This document shows, piece by piece, positions 48,562 through 60,352 of a stretch of DNA of 60,352 nt. Made by a program: the position numbers and the translations under genes. Origin of the DNA: Macrostomum lignano (taxonomy: Eukaryota); NCBI GenBank assembly GCA_002269645.1, contig NIVC01004109.1, positions 1 through 60,352 on the forward strand. Direction: 5' to 3'. A model generated the notes under the pieces. That model saw only the letters and a program-made list of their open reading frames with translations. It was not told the origin of the DNA and did not search any database. Each line of letters opens with the position of its first letter. Position 1 is the first letter of the stretch.

Positions 48562-49699
48562 CGTCATCCTAAACCCAAGAGCTGTAATCACCGAAGAACA
48601 CTAAGGTTACAAAATGACAACTGAAGCTTTCTACGAGAACACGCAATGTCGTCATTTATATATATAATCTACACATATAAGCTAGCTAGTCTTTAGTTTA
48701 TACATTTAACTTCAGCATAAACGAACTATTTGTACATGCTGGTTGTAAAATCTCTATAAACACATTAACATTTTTGACAATGAAGACAGCGTTTTTGCGA
48801 GGCTTTGTATTTTCCGCAAAATTACCAGCAGAACAATTATCGATCTAAAGGCATCAGTTCGGGAAAATACTTCGTAGGTAGTAGTACAAGGTGAGAACTT
48901 TGTGAAACACCCCTAATCTACCTTTAAACAGAGTAGAATTTTTCCTCTGTCTTGCCTTTTCAGGAAAATATAAATCGTTCTATTTTAGGAAACGAAATGG
49001 CCGGATCCTACATGTATATTGTCTATAGAATTATAATTGCAAAGTTTTACATATACATGTGATCGACAAAGTTGATATAAACTATTTCAGTACCTATGAA
49101 TTTAAATGGACATATAAACGACGTATTTACCGCAAGAAAATCTACAGAAAACTCAATCGTTCGTTATGCCCTATGTAATTAGGAGAAAAAACATTTGCGC
49201 TTAAGTTAATCTTTGAGTGAATCTGAAAGGCAATGTTATATGTCTCATAAACAAACTAGCGACCTTATCAGCTACTTTTTAAACAGATAGCAGTGGCCAA
49301 AAGTAAAATACAATGGGTAGGTAAGTAACTTTCTGTGGCAAATACACGTGTAAACTGGTAAACCCGTTAGTTTGTAACAATGAGTAAAACAAATCCTACT
49401 TGCTTATTTATATCAGAAAAACCTAAAAAGAAATTTAGAAGAGAATTTCAAAATAAGGGTTAAGTATTTCTTTTTTGTTGCTTAATAAACACATTCTATT
49501 CTTTAGTCACGATTTCCTCTTTAGATTTTTAATTTTCACCGCTGATGTAGTCATTAAAAGTTTTGTTCTCCACTTGAGCTTTAATTTTTGGTTGTTTTGT
49601 GCCTGCATATTGCAAAACTAGTGCATAGTCAATTGTTGCTTCGCAGGCTAGTTTGTTTTTTATCTTTCGGTACGTTCAGTCATACGAAAGACCACACCA

Positions 49700-52600
49700 A
49701 TGTCGATTCCTTCTGACCTGCCTCAGCCCAGGCTATGTAATTTAAAAAAATGGCCAACATATGCAGGCTATGGCTTTAATCTGCATGCTGAAAAGGGAAA
49801 ACCTGGTCAGTATATAGGCAAAGTTGATCCAAATTCTCCAGCTGAGACAGGAGGGCTGGGTCAAAAATTCTTCCTTATTGAAGTGAATGGTGTCAATGTT
49901 GGTAAGTGTTGTACTTTTAACACATTTTACATTTACATTCTACATTTAAGTGAAAACAAGTAACATTATTCAAACTGAAATCAAGTTGAAAGTAAATTAT
50001 ATATATTTGACTTATTATAATAATGCTTTTAATTTAAATACATTTTTAGAATAATTAAAGAATTATTGTATTCAATAGGTGATTTGATAGTCACAAAGCA
50101 TGTTAAATATATATTTAGTGCATACAACTGTATATTATTTAAGTTTCTATGAGTACAATGATTTATGAATAGACTGAAATAAATAAAGTTATTTGCTTTT
50201 TACCATTTTAAGTACTACTACAAATTACTAATTCATATTTTAACTATCAATTTTAGAGGATCTAAGCCATCAAAAGGTTGTGGAAAGAATTAAGGAAACT
50301 CCCAACAAAGTGACAATGCTTGTTGCACCCAGTGAGACTTACAAATACTGTAAAGAGCATAAAATTGTCATCACCATCAATACTCCTAATGTTGAAATAT
50401 ATACAACGCCTGATGAAGAGCCTGGTGCTTCTGAAACTATCCAGAAAGAGGTTTGTATTTTCTTAATTTTGCTCTCTCAACCTTCGTAAGATTACTATTT
50501 GAGAAACCAATAAATTTCGAAACTCAGAAGATTTGAGACCACAAGGAAACTCCTTGGGATCAATGGAGTTGGGACCAGAAAACTCGGGATCAGGAAGAGC
50601 TGGGACCAGGAAACTCGGGATCAGGGACAGTTGGGACCAGGAAACTCGGGATCAGGAAGAGCAGGGACCAGAAAACTCGGGATCAGGGAGAGCTGGGACC
50701 AGGAAACTCGGGATCAGGAAGAGTTGGGACCAGGAAACTCGGGATCAGGGAGAGTGGGGACCAGAAAACTCGGGATCAGGGAGAGCTGGGACCAGAAAAC
50801 TCGGGATCAGGGAGAGCTGGGACCAGAAAACTCGGGATCAGGGAGAGTGGGGACCAGAAAACTCGGGATCAGGGAGAGCTGGGACCAGAAAACTCGGGAT
50901 CAGGGAGAGTGGGGACCAGAAAACTCGGGATCAGGGAGAGTGGGGACCAGGAAACTCGGGATCAGGGAGAGTGGGGACCAGGAAACTCGGGATCAGGGAG
51001 AGCTGGGACCAGAAAACTCGGGATCAGGGAGAGTGGGGACCAGGAAACTCGGGATCAGGGAGAGTGGGGACCAGAAAACTCGGGATCAGGGAGAGTGGGG
51101 ACCAGAAAACTCGGGATCAGGGAGAGTGGGGACCAGAAAACTCGGGATCAGGGAGAGTGGGGACCAGGAAACTCGGGATCAGGGAGAGCTGGGACCAGGA
51201 AACTCGGGATCAGGGAGAGTGGGGACCAGAAAACTCGGGATCAGGGACAGTGGGGACCAGAAAACTCGGGATCAGGGAGAGTGGGGACCAGAAAACTCGG
51301 GATCAGGGAGAGTGGGGACCAGGAAACTCGGGATCAGGGAGAGTGGGGACCAGGAAACTCGGGATCAGGGAGAGTGGGGACCAGAAAACTCGGGATCAGG
51401 GAGAGTGGGGACCAGGAAACTCGGGATCAGGGAGAGTGGGGACCAGAAAACTCGGGATCAGGGAGAGCTGGGACCAGAAAACTCGGGATCAGGGAGAGTG
51501 GGGACCAGGAAACTCGGGATCAGGGAGAGCTGGGACCAGAAAACTCGGGATCAGGGAGAGTGGGGACCAGGAAACTCGGGATCAGGGAGAGTGGGGACCA
51601 GAAAACTCGGGATCAGGGAGAGTGGGGACCAGAAAACTCGGGATCAGGGAGAGTGGGGACCAGGAAACTCGGGATCAGGGAGAGTGGGGACCAGAAAACT
51701 CGGGATCAGGGAGAGCTGGGACCAGAAAACTCGGGATCAGGGAGAGTGGGGACCAGGAAACTCGGGATCAGGGAGAGTGGGGACCAGAAAACTCGGGATC
51801 AGGGAGAGCTGGGACCAGAAAACTCGGGATCAGGGAGAGTGGGGACCAGGAAACTCGGGATCAGGGAGAGTGGGGACCAGAAAACTCGGGATCAGGGAGA
51901 GCTGGGACCAGAAAACTCGGGATCAGGGAGAGTGGGGACCAGGAAACTCGGGATCAGGGAGAGCTGGGACCAGAAAACTCGGGATCAGGGAGAGTGGGGA
52001 CCAGGAAACTCGGGATCAGGGACAGTGGGGACCAGAAAACTCGGGATCAGGGAGAGTGGGGACCAGAAAACTCGGGATCAGGGAGAGTGGGGACCAGGAA
52101 ACTCGGGATCAGGGAGAGTGGGGACCAGGAAACTCGGGATCAGGGAGAGCTGGGACCAGAAAACTCGGGATCAGGGAGAGTGGGGACCAGGAAACTCGGG
52201 ATCAGGGAGAGTGGGGACCAGAAAACTCGGGATCAGGGAGAGCTGGGACCAGAAAACTCGGGATCAGGGAGAGTGGGGACCAGGAAACTCGGGATCAGGG
52301 AGAGCTGGGACCAGAAAACTCGGGATCAGGGAGAGTGGGGACCAGGAAACTCGGGATCAGGGAGAGTGGGGACCAGGAAACTCGGGATCAGGGAGAGTGG
52401 GGACCAGAAAACTCGGGATCAGGGAGAGTGGGGACCAGAAAACTCGGGATCAGGGAGAGTGGGGACCAGGAAACTCGGGATCAGGGAGAGTGGGGACCAG
52501 AAAACTCGGGATCAGGGAGAGCTGGGACCAGAAAACTCGGGATCAGGGAGAGTGGGGACCAGGAAACTCGGGATCAGGGAGAGTGGGGACCAGAAAACTC

Positions 52601-55600
52601 GGGATCAGGGAGAGCTGGGACCAGAAAACTCGGGATCAGGGAGAGTGGGGACCAGGAAACTCGGGATCAGGGAGAGTGGGGACCAGAAAACTCGGGATCA
52701 GGGAGAGCTGGGACCAGAAAACTCGGGATCAGGGAGAGTGGGGACCAGAAAACTTGGGATCAGGGAGAGCTGGGACCAGAAAACTCGGGATCAGGGAGAG
52801 TGGGGACCAGGAAACTCGGGATCAGGGAGAGTGGGGACCAGAAAACTCGGGATCAGGGAGAGCTGGGACCAGAAAACTCGGGATCAGGGAGAGTGGGGAC
52901 CAGGAAACTCGGGATCAGGGAGAGCTGGGACCAGAAAACTCGGGATCAGGGAGAGTGGGGACCAGGAAACTCGGGATCAGGGACAGTGGGGACCAGAAAA
53001 CTCGGGATCAGGGAGAGTGGGGACCAGAAAACTCGGGATCAGGGAGAGTGGGGACCAGGAAACTCGGGATCAGGGAGAGTGGGGACCAGAAAACTCGGGA
53101 TCAGGGAGAGCTGGGACCAGAAAACTCGGGATCAGGGAGAGCTGGGACCAGAAAACTCGGGATCAGGGAGAGTGGGGACCAGAAAACTCGGGATCAGGGA
53201 GAGTGGGGACCAGGAAACTCGGGATCAGGGAGAGCTGGGACCAGAAAACTCGGGATCAGGGAGAGTGGGGACCAGAAAACTCGGGATCAGGGAGAGCTGG
53301 GACCAGAAAACTCGGGATCAGGGAGAGCTGGGACCAGAAAACTCGGGATCAGGGAGAGCTGGGACCAGAAAACTCGGGATCAGGGAGAGTGGGGACCAGG
53401 AAACTCGGGATCAGGGACAGTTGGGAGCAGGAAACTCGGTTAAACCTTGAGCTCCACCCCTACTGCTGCACCAACAGTCTGGCGCAGTCGAGCAGCTGAC
53501 GCCTCCACCTTCTCAGCCACCGCCTGAGGAGGCTCAGTCACCTTCGCCGGTGCCAGATCACGATGAGGCCGACTATTCCGTGCCAGATCACGATGAGGCC
53601 GACTATGCTGTTCCAGATTATTCTACTCGACAGCCCGTATTTTCCGAGGTAACTCTACAGTTATTGATTGTATCACACATACGAGTAACAGCATGACAGC
53701 AATACACTTTTCTCGCTCATTTTCATACTACTCAAGAATTCCTTTACGAAGAAAAAACAAAGTTTTTTAGCTTCAAAAGCAGCGTGGTTGCAAAGGCGAG
53801 CCAACGTGTAATAACTAGTTATTATTATCAATGATGTTACAGTCGCTCGCACAGCATTTAAGAAGCTTGTGCCCAGTACATACAAATAATCTACATATAT
53901 GCACATTTTGGACAATGGAGCGTTCAAATGGCCGCGAATGAGCGAAAATTGCATAGTTGTTGTGAAGTGTTTTGCGTCAAGTGTTGAGCGCTGGCACACT
54001 GTGGGGAAAGAGAGTAGTTAGAGATATCTTTATAGTTTAGGGCATTGCTGCTTGCAGTGGCAAAGGCTTGCTTAAGGACTGCTAAATTAAGTAATTGGAC
54101 TGGAAACCAACTCGAAACAACATAGAGCGGATAGGTGGCTAGGATAAACTGAAGCTGAAGCTGCTGACTGAAAGACGCGCAGATGTGAGTAGACCAATAG
54201 TTGACACTAAACTGTATGGACTGATAGTAGGCTCACGGAAAATTGAAAGGCACTAAGGCACAGACAGGTAGACACGAAAGCGAAGACAGACAGGCACTAA
54301 GGCGCAGACGACAGACACAAAGGCACAGACAGACAGACACAAAGGCACAGACAGACAGACACTAAGGCGCAGACAGAAAGACACTAAGGCGCAGACAGAA
54401 AGACACTAAGACACACAAAGGCGCAGACAGACAGGCACTAAGGCGCAGACAGACAGACACTAAGGCGCAGACAGACAGACACTAAGGCGCAGACAGAAAG
54501 ACACTAAGGCGCAGACAGAAAGACACTAAGACACACAAAGGCGCAGACAGACAGGCACTAAGGCGCAGACAGGCAGACACTAAGGCGCAGACAGAAAGAC
54601 AGACACTAAGGCGCAGACAGACAGACACTAAGACACACAAAGGCGCAGACAGACAGGCACTAAGACGCAGACAGACAGGCACTAAGACGCAGACAGACAG
54701 ACACAAAGGCGCGCAAACAGACAGACACAAAGGCACAGACAGACAGACACTAAGGCGCAGACAGAAAGACAGACACTAAGGCGCAGACAGACACTACGGC
54801 GCAGACAGACAGACAGACACTAAGGCGCAGACAGACAGACACTAAGACACACAAAGGCACAGACAGACAGACACTAAGGCGCAGACAGAAAGACAGACAC
54901 TAAGGCGCAGACAGACACTACGGCGCAGACAGACAGACAGACACTAAGGCGCAGACAGACAGACACTAAGGCGCAGACAGAAAGACACTAAGGCGCAGAC
55001 AGAAAGACACTAAGACACACAAAGGCGCAGACAGACAGGCACTAAGGCGCAGACAGACAGACACTAAGGCGCAGACAGAAAGACAGACACTAAGGCGCAG
55101 ACAGACAGACACTAAGACACACAAAGGCGCAGACAGACAGGCACTAAGGCGCAGACAGACAGACACAAAGGCGCGCAAACAGACAGACACAAAGGCACAG
55201 ACAGACAGACACTAAGGCGCAGACAGAAAGACAGACACTAAGGCGCAGACAGACAGACACTAAGACACACAAAGGCGCAGACAGACACTACGGCGCAGAC
55301 AGACAGACAGACACTAAGGCGCAGACAGACAGACACTAAGACACACTAAGGCGCAGACAGAAAGACAGACACTAAGGCGCAGACAGACACTACGGCGCAG
55401 ACAGACAGACACTAAGACACACAAAGGCGCAGACAGACAGGCACTAAGGCGCAGACAGACAGACACTAAGACACACAAAGGCGCAGACAGACAGGCACTA
55501 AGGCGCAGACAGACAGACACAAAGGCGCGAAAACAGACAGACACAAAGGCACAGACAGACAGACACTAAGGCGCAGACAGAAAGACAGACACAAAGGCAC

Positions 55601-56680
55601 AGACAGACAGACACTAAGGCGCAGACAGAAAGACAGACACAAAGGCACAGACAGACAGACACTAAGGCGCAGACAGAAAGACAGACACTAAGGCGCAGAC
55701 AGACACTACGGCGCAGACAGACAGACACTAAGACACACTAAGGCGCAGACAGAAAGACAGACACTAAGGCGCAGACAGAAAGACAGACACTAAGGCGCAG
55801 ACAGAAAGACAGACACTAAGGCGCAGACAGACACTACGGCGCAGACAGACAGACACTAAGACACACTAAGGCGCAGACAGAAAGACAGACACTAAGGCGC
55901 AGACAGACACTACGGCGCAGACAGACAGACACTAAGACACACAAAGGCGCAGACAGACAGACACAAAGGCGCAGACAGACAGGCACAAAGGCGCGCAAAC
56001 AGACAGACACAAAGGCACAGACAGACAGGCACAAAGGCGCGCAGACAGACAGGCACTAAGGCGCAGACAGACACAAAGGCGCAGACAGACAGGCACTAAG
56101 GCGCAGACAGACACAAAGGCGCAGACAGACAGACACTAAGACACACAAAGGCGCAGACAGACAGACACAAAGGCGCAGACAGACAGGCACAAAGGCGCGC
56201 AAACAGACAGACACAAAGGCACAGACAGACAGGCACAAAGGCGCGCAGACAGACAGGCACTAAGGCGCAGACAGACACAAAGGCGCAGACAGAGAGGCAC
56301 TAAGGCGCAGACAGACACAAAGGCGCAGACAGACAGGCACTAAGGCGCAGACAGACACAAAGGCGCAGACAGACAGGCACTAAGGCGCAGACAGACACAA
56401 AGGCGCAGACAGACAGGCACTAAGGCGCAGACAGACACAAAGGCGCAGACAGACAGGCACTAAGGCGCAGACAGACACAAAGGCGCGGAAACAGACAGAT
56501 AGGCTGCACAGGCATACAGCTACAATCAAACAGATAGATGCGTTTCTTACAGTTTTGTTTTAGGTTTTGTTATAGAAAATTTTTTTCGCGATATTTTAGT
56601 ACAAGCCGGGTGATTATGCATCCAGTCCAGAAGCTTTGCTTTAGTTATCCATGGGTAAATACGTTTGTGGAGCTAGAGAA

Positions 56681-56748
<68 letters not shown>

Positions 56749-57036
56749 AGTAGGTTCGCTAGTTCGCTATAAGGTTCGCTTTTCAAAGCCTTACCGTATC
56801 AGGTGACTAAGTTTGAACTGCTGCGCTACACCGAATGCCGAACAGTGAGGCCGGTCGGTGGTTAGGCTGGGGTAGGTCTGCAGAGAAATATTTAACAAGG
56901 ATTTTTGTGATATGTACGTAGATTCTCTATTTTCTTTCGCCAAGTTGCCGCCCATTCTAGAAAGGGTTTGATATAGTTAGGAATAGAAAATATTAACACT
57001 GCTTGAAGACGGAGTTTTACAGCCAAATTTGTTAGG

Positions 57037-57130
<94 letters not shown>

Positions 57131-58366
57131 GGTCTCTGCTCTGTACGCGTGTGTTCTCTCTCAGTAAACTACTGAATATTTCCATATTTCTCTGATTTGC
57201 TTCACTGAATATTTTTGGTAAAAGAAGCAAAATTAGCATTGAATTTTTATATCGCTGGTCAGAGTTTCCCTTGCACCTGTGTGTGCGTGTGTATGACCTT
57301 GCAAATAAAATAAAATTTACAATCCAATACGGGGAAACGGGCGACATGTTAAGGCGTGTTTTAACGTTTGTTCGCTTCAATGGGTTTGCCTGGGGCCTGT
57401 TTGCTTTTTGGCTTTGAATTAATTCAGGAGAATTGAGTAGCTAACGTGAGCAAGGGTCAGTTTAGCCTCAGTTGTCAGTCGAAATTCCGGTGTTGATTCA
57501 ACTGGCTGAGTTTATAATATAGTCATGTAATATAGTCATGCCATTTTCTATGGCAAAGTCAATAACTCAATCACTGGCCTTTATAAAGAGAGTCACTGGC
57601 TACGCCACCTCACCTGCTGACATCCTCGTCAATAAGAGTCACTGGTTACACCACTGCTGACATCCTCATCAATAAGAGTCACTGGTTACACCACTGCTGA
57701 CATCCTCATCAATAAGAGTCACTGGTTACACCACTGCTGACATCCTCATCAATAAGAGTCACTGGTTACACCACTGCTGACATCCTCATCAATAAGAGTC
57801 ACTGGTTACACCACTGCTGACATCCTCGTCAATAAGAGTCACTGGTTACACCACTGCTGACATCCTAATCAATAAGAGTCACTGGTTACACCACTGCTGA
57901 CATCCTCATCAATAAGAGTCACTGGTTACACCACTGCTGACATCCTCATCAATAAGAGTCACTGGTCACATAGCATCAGCCTCATCTGCTCACGCCCATG
58001 ACCTCCACCTCCCTTATTCAGCAGCTGAGTGCCGTTTCATCGCAAACTGCATCTCCGGCTCCGAGTCCGCAGCAGCAGCGCCGCTCGTCCCCGACCCCGC
58101 CAGCGCCAGTCGCCGCCGAAGCCCCGTCGCCGACCCCGCCGGCGCCAGTCGCCGAAGCCCCGTCGCCGACCCGCCGCGCGCCAGTCGCCAAAGCCGCGGC
58201 CCCGGCAGCCGCAGCCCAGAACGGCGGCGGCGGCAAAGGCAGCGACCCAGTCGGCAACATCAGCCTGGAGGAGATGCGGGCCAAGATAGGCCAGAACAAG
58301 CGCACCCAGGTCAAGATGAAGCCGGGAACTTTCTCTGAGAAGAGCAACATGTTCCAATCGCTTTGA
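49700..58366 (+). CDS. NHERF/EBP50-family PDZ scaffold, single PDZ, about 303 aa. Exons 49700-49901, 50257-50450, 53478-53648, 58022-58366
   Basis: [40 protein letters not shown]...IEVNGVNV|[13 protein letters not shown] is a NHERF-type PDZ; the C-terminus [16 protein letters not shown]...EKSNMFQSL* resembles the EBP50 C-terminal ERM-binding region. GT-AG junctions, phases 1,0,0. The low-complexity third exon is less certain. Confidence 0.85.
50565..53435. repeat. 31-bp minisatellite (ggggaccagaaaactcgggatcagggagagt)n, about 92 copies
   Basis: Fills about 95% of intron 2 of the NHERF-like gene; stop-free on plus, giving three spurious 844-988 aa ORFs. Confidence 0.98.
54250..56490. repeat. 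Complex satellite of gcagacagacagacactaaggc / acacaaaggc modules
   Basis: Direct reading; intron 3 of the NHERF-like gene. Confidence 0.95.
56684..57129. repeat. Two (AG)n microsatellites (about 56684-56745 and 57042-57129)
   Basis: Direct reading. Confidence 0.95.
57584..57968. repeat. 40-bp minisatellite (aataagagtcactggttacaccactgctgacatcctcatc)n, about 9 copies
   Basis: Direct reading; no spacers; ends about 55 bp before the last exon. Confidence 0.95.
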
Positions 58367-59174
58367 GCATATCAAAAACACTAACAGACGTATTGTTTTT
58401 CCATTTTGTTATACAGGCCAACTAACGATCTCGTTCCAGACTGTAGCGGCAAACCTGCAAAGTACTTGATGAAAATCATCACTTTTTATCTACTAAAAAG
58501 AATAATTGCGCTTTTTCGGCATTAAACTTATTCCAATAACTTTTTTGGCTTAGTGCTTTTATATCTTATGATGAATATTTCCGTTTTTAGATTCTTGTGT
58601 GTATGAACGTGCCGTGCCGTGTGTTCTGTCGTTTCAAATTTGTACTGCACATTTCAGCACAGTTTTTGTCATTCCACGTGTCGCCCTCCCCCCCCGTTAT
58701 CCGTTGTTTTATCATCAGCTCACTACAGATATCGCTGCTCTTCCACTAGTTAAGACAGCTGGACTCAATTTTACTGATGCTATCAGGGTACGTACGTGTT
58801 GCACGGCGATTATGTTGTGTTAGATTCTCTGCTTTCGAAAAGTACAACTCATTATTGTAAGCTGATTTCTACAATCGATATATTTAGAAATCCAAATAGC
58901 TTTACGATTATCAGATTAGAATGTGCTATAGATCTGTCTTATACACAAATTCATGTTTATACGGTTCACGATTATTATATACTATTGTGCCCAATACTCA
59001 CAGCTGATGTCTGTCTGCTCAAAGTTTTTTGTGTTTTTTATCAATTGAAATAATAAATTCATAAATATACACTTGGCTCGTGTCTCTTGTGCCATTTTGT
59101 TGCTGGGAAATCGATTGTATCTTTTGCGTGGCTCATGTTCTGATTTTTTATCTTGTCGGATTTGGGTTGCCACC

Positions 59175-60165
59175 CTTCCAGATCCTCAGTTGCTGGGCCA
59201 GCCTTCCAGATCCTCAGTTGCTGGGCCAGCCTCACAGATCTTCAGTTGCTGGGCCAGCCTCCCAGATCCTCAGTTGCTGGGCCAGCCTCTCAGATCCTCA
59301 GTTGCTGGGCCAGCCTCCCAGGTCTTCAGTTGCTGGGCCAGCCTCTCAGATCCTCAGTTGCTGGGCCAGCCTCCCAGATCTTCAGTTGCTGGGCCAGCCT
59401 CCCAGGTCTTCAGTTGCTGGGCCAGCCTCTCAGATCCTCAGTTGCTGGGCCAGCCTCCCAGTCTTCAGTTGCTGGGCCAGCCTCTCAGATCCTCAGTTGC
59501 TGGGCCAGCCTCCCAGATCTTCAGTTGCTGGGCCAGCCTCCCAGGTCTTCAGTTGCTGGGCCAGCCTCTCAGATCCTCAGTTGCTGGGCCAGCCTCCCAG
59601 GTCTTCAGTTGCTGGGCCAGCCTCTCAGATCCTCAGTTGCTGGGCCAGCCTCCCAGATCTTCAGTTGCTGGGCCAGCCTCTCAGATCCTCAGTTGCTGGG
59701 CCAGCCTCCCAGATCCTCAGTCCGCCAGTTTCCCAGATCCTCAGTTGCTGGGCCAGCTTTCCAGATCCTCAGTTGCTGGGTCAGCCTTCCAGATCCTCAG
59801 TTGCTGGGCCAGCCTTCCAGATCCTCAGTTGCTGGGCCAGCCTCCCAGATCCTCAGTTGCTGGGCCAGCCTCTCAGATCCTCAGTTGCTGGGCCAGCCTC
59901 CCAGGTCTTCAGTTGCTGGGCCAGCTCGCAGATCCTCAGTTGCTGGGCCAGCCTCACAGATCTTCAGTTGCTGGGCCACCCTCCCAGATCCTCAGTCCGC
60001 CAGCTTCCCAGATCCTCAGTTGCTGGGCCAGCCTTCCAGATCCTCAGTTGCTGGGCCAGCCTTCTAGATCCTCAGTTGCTGGGCCAGCCTCCCAGATCCT
60101 CAGCTGCTGGCCAGCCTCCAAGATCCTCTGTTGCTGAGCCAGCCTCTCAGATCCTCAGTTGCTGA
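59175..60165. repeat. 28-bp minisatellite (cagatcctcagttgctgggccagcctcc)n, about 35 copies
   Basis: Units at 59181, 59209, 59237 and onward. Confidence 0.96.
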
Positions 60166-60352
60166 GCAAGCCCCCCCTCCGATCCTCAAGTTATCTTGTC
60201 TAATTAATCAATGAAAGCAGGAATTTACCACAATTATAGCTAGTCGTCAAAGCTTCAAATTTCATAGTTTAATGAAAAATTACATGGCACTTTTATTCTG
60301 CTGTTAAGTCATGAGTAAGTCATCGCCATGAAGTGTTACGAGCGTAAAATGT

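Noticed and set aside
50533-53499. Three 844-988 aa ORFs with a collagen-like look
   Set aside because: All three frames of a stop-free 31-bp intronic repeat; no Gly-X-Y period.
57584-57968. 40-bp repeats (also the 32- and 39-bp arrays) as CRISPR
   Set aside because: Head-to-tail with no spacers, no cas genes, eukaryotic introns.

Overview
Eukaryotic (invertebrate animal) genomic DNA; the dense intronic minisatellites resemble the flatworm Macrostomum lignano (inference only). Three intron-containing genes were reconstructed by hand: RNA polymerase II subunit RPB2 (minus, 5' part, 95-11744), an alpha7-like nicotinic acetylcholine receptor subunit (minus, 16171-38115, complete, 563 aa) and a single-PDZ NHERF/EBP50-like scaffold (plus, 49700-58366). 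Around them are non-LTR retrotransposons (Ingi/I-group APE-RT-RNaseH, RTE-like, a GAA-tailed 3' stub), a hAT-type MITE, a putative tRNA-derived SINE and about 30 tandem arrays, which explain nearly all long ORFs in the ORF track. Main discovery: the receptor gene carries two consecutive pairs of duplicated, equal-length, same-phase exons (195 nt: loop C + M1; 87 nt: pore-lining M2) downstream of a GC-AG intron, so one gene could yield 2x2 receptor variants differing in agonist site and pore. Also notable: an (AAC)n-associated LINE sitting twice, antisense, inside RTE-like elements; TACATGTA excision footprints; and CpG depletion starting sharply at the start codons of the RPB2 and NHERF-like genes.
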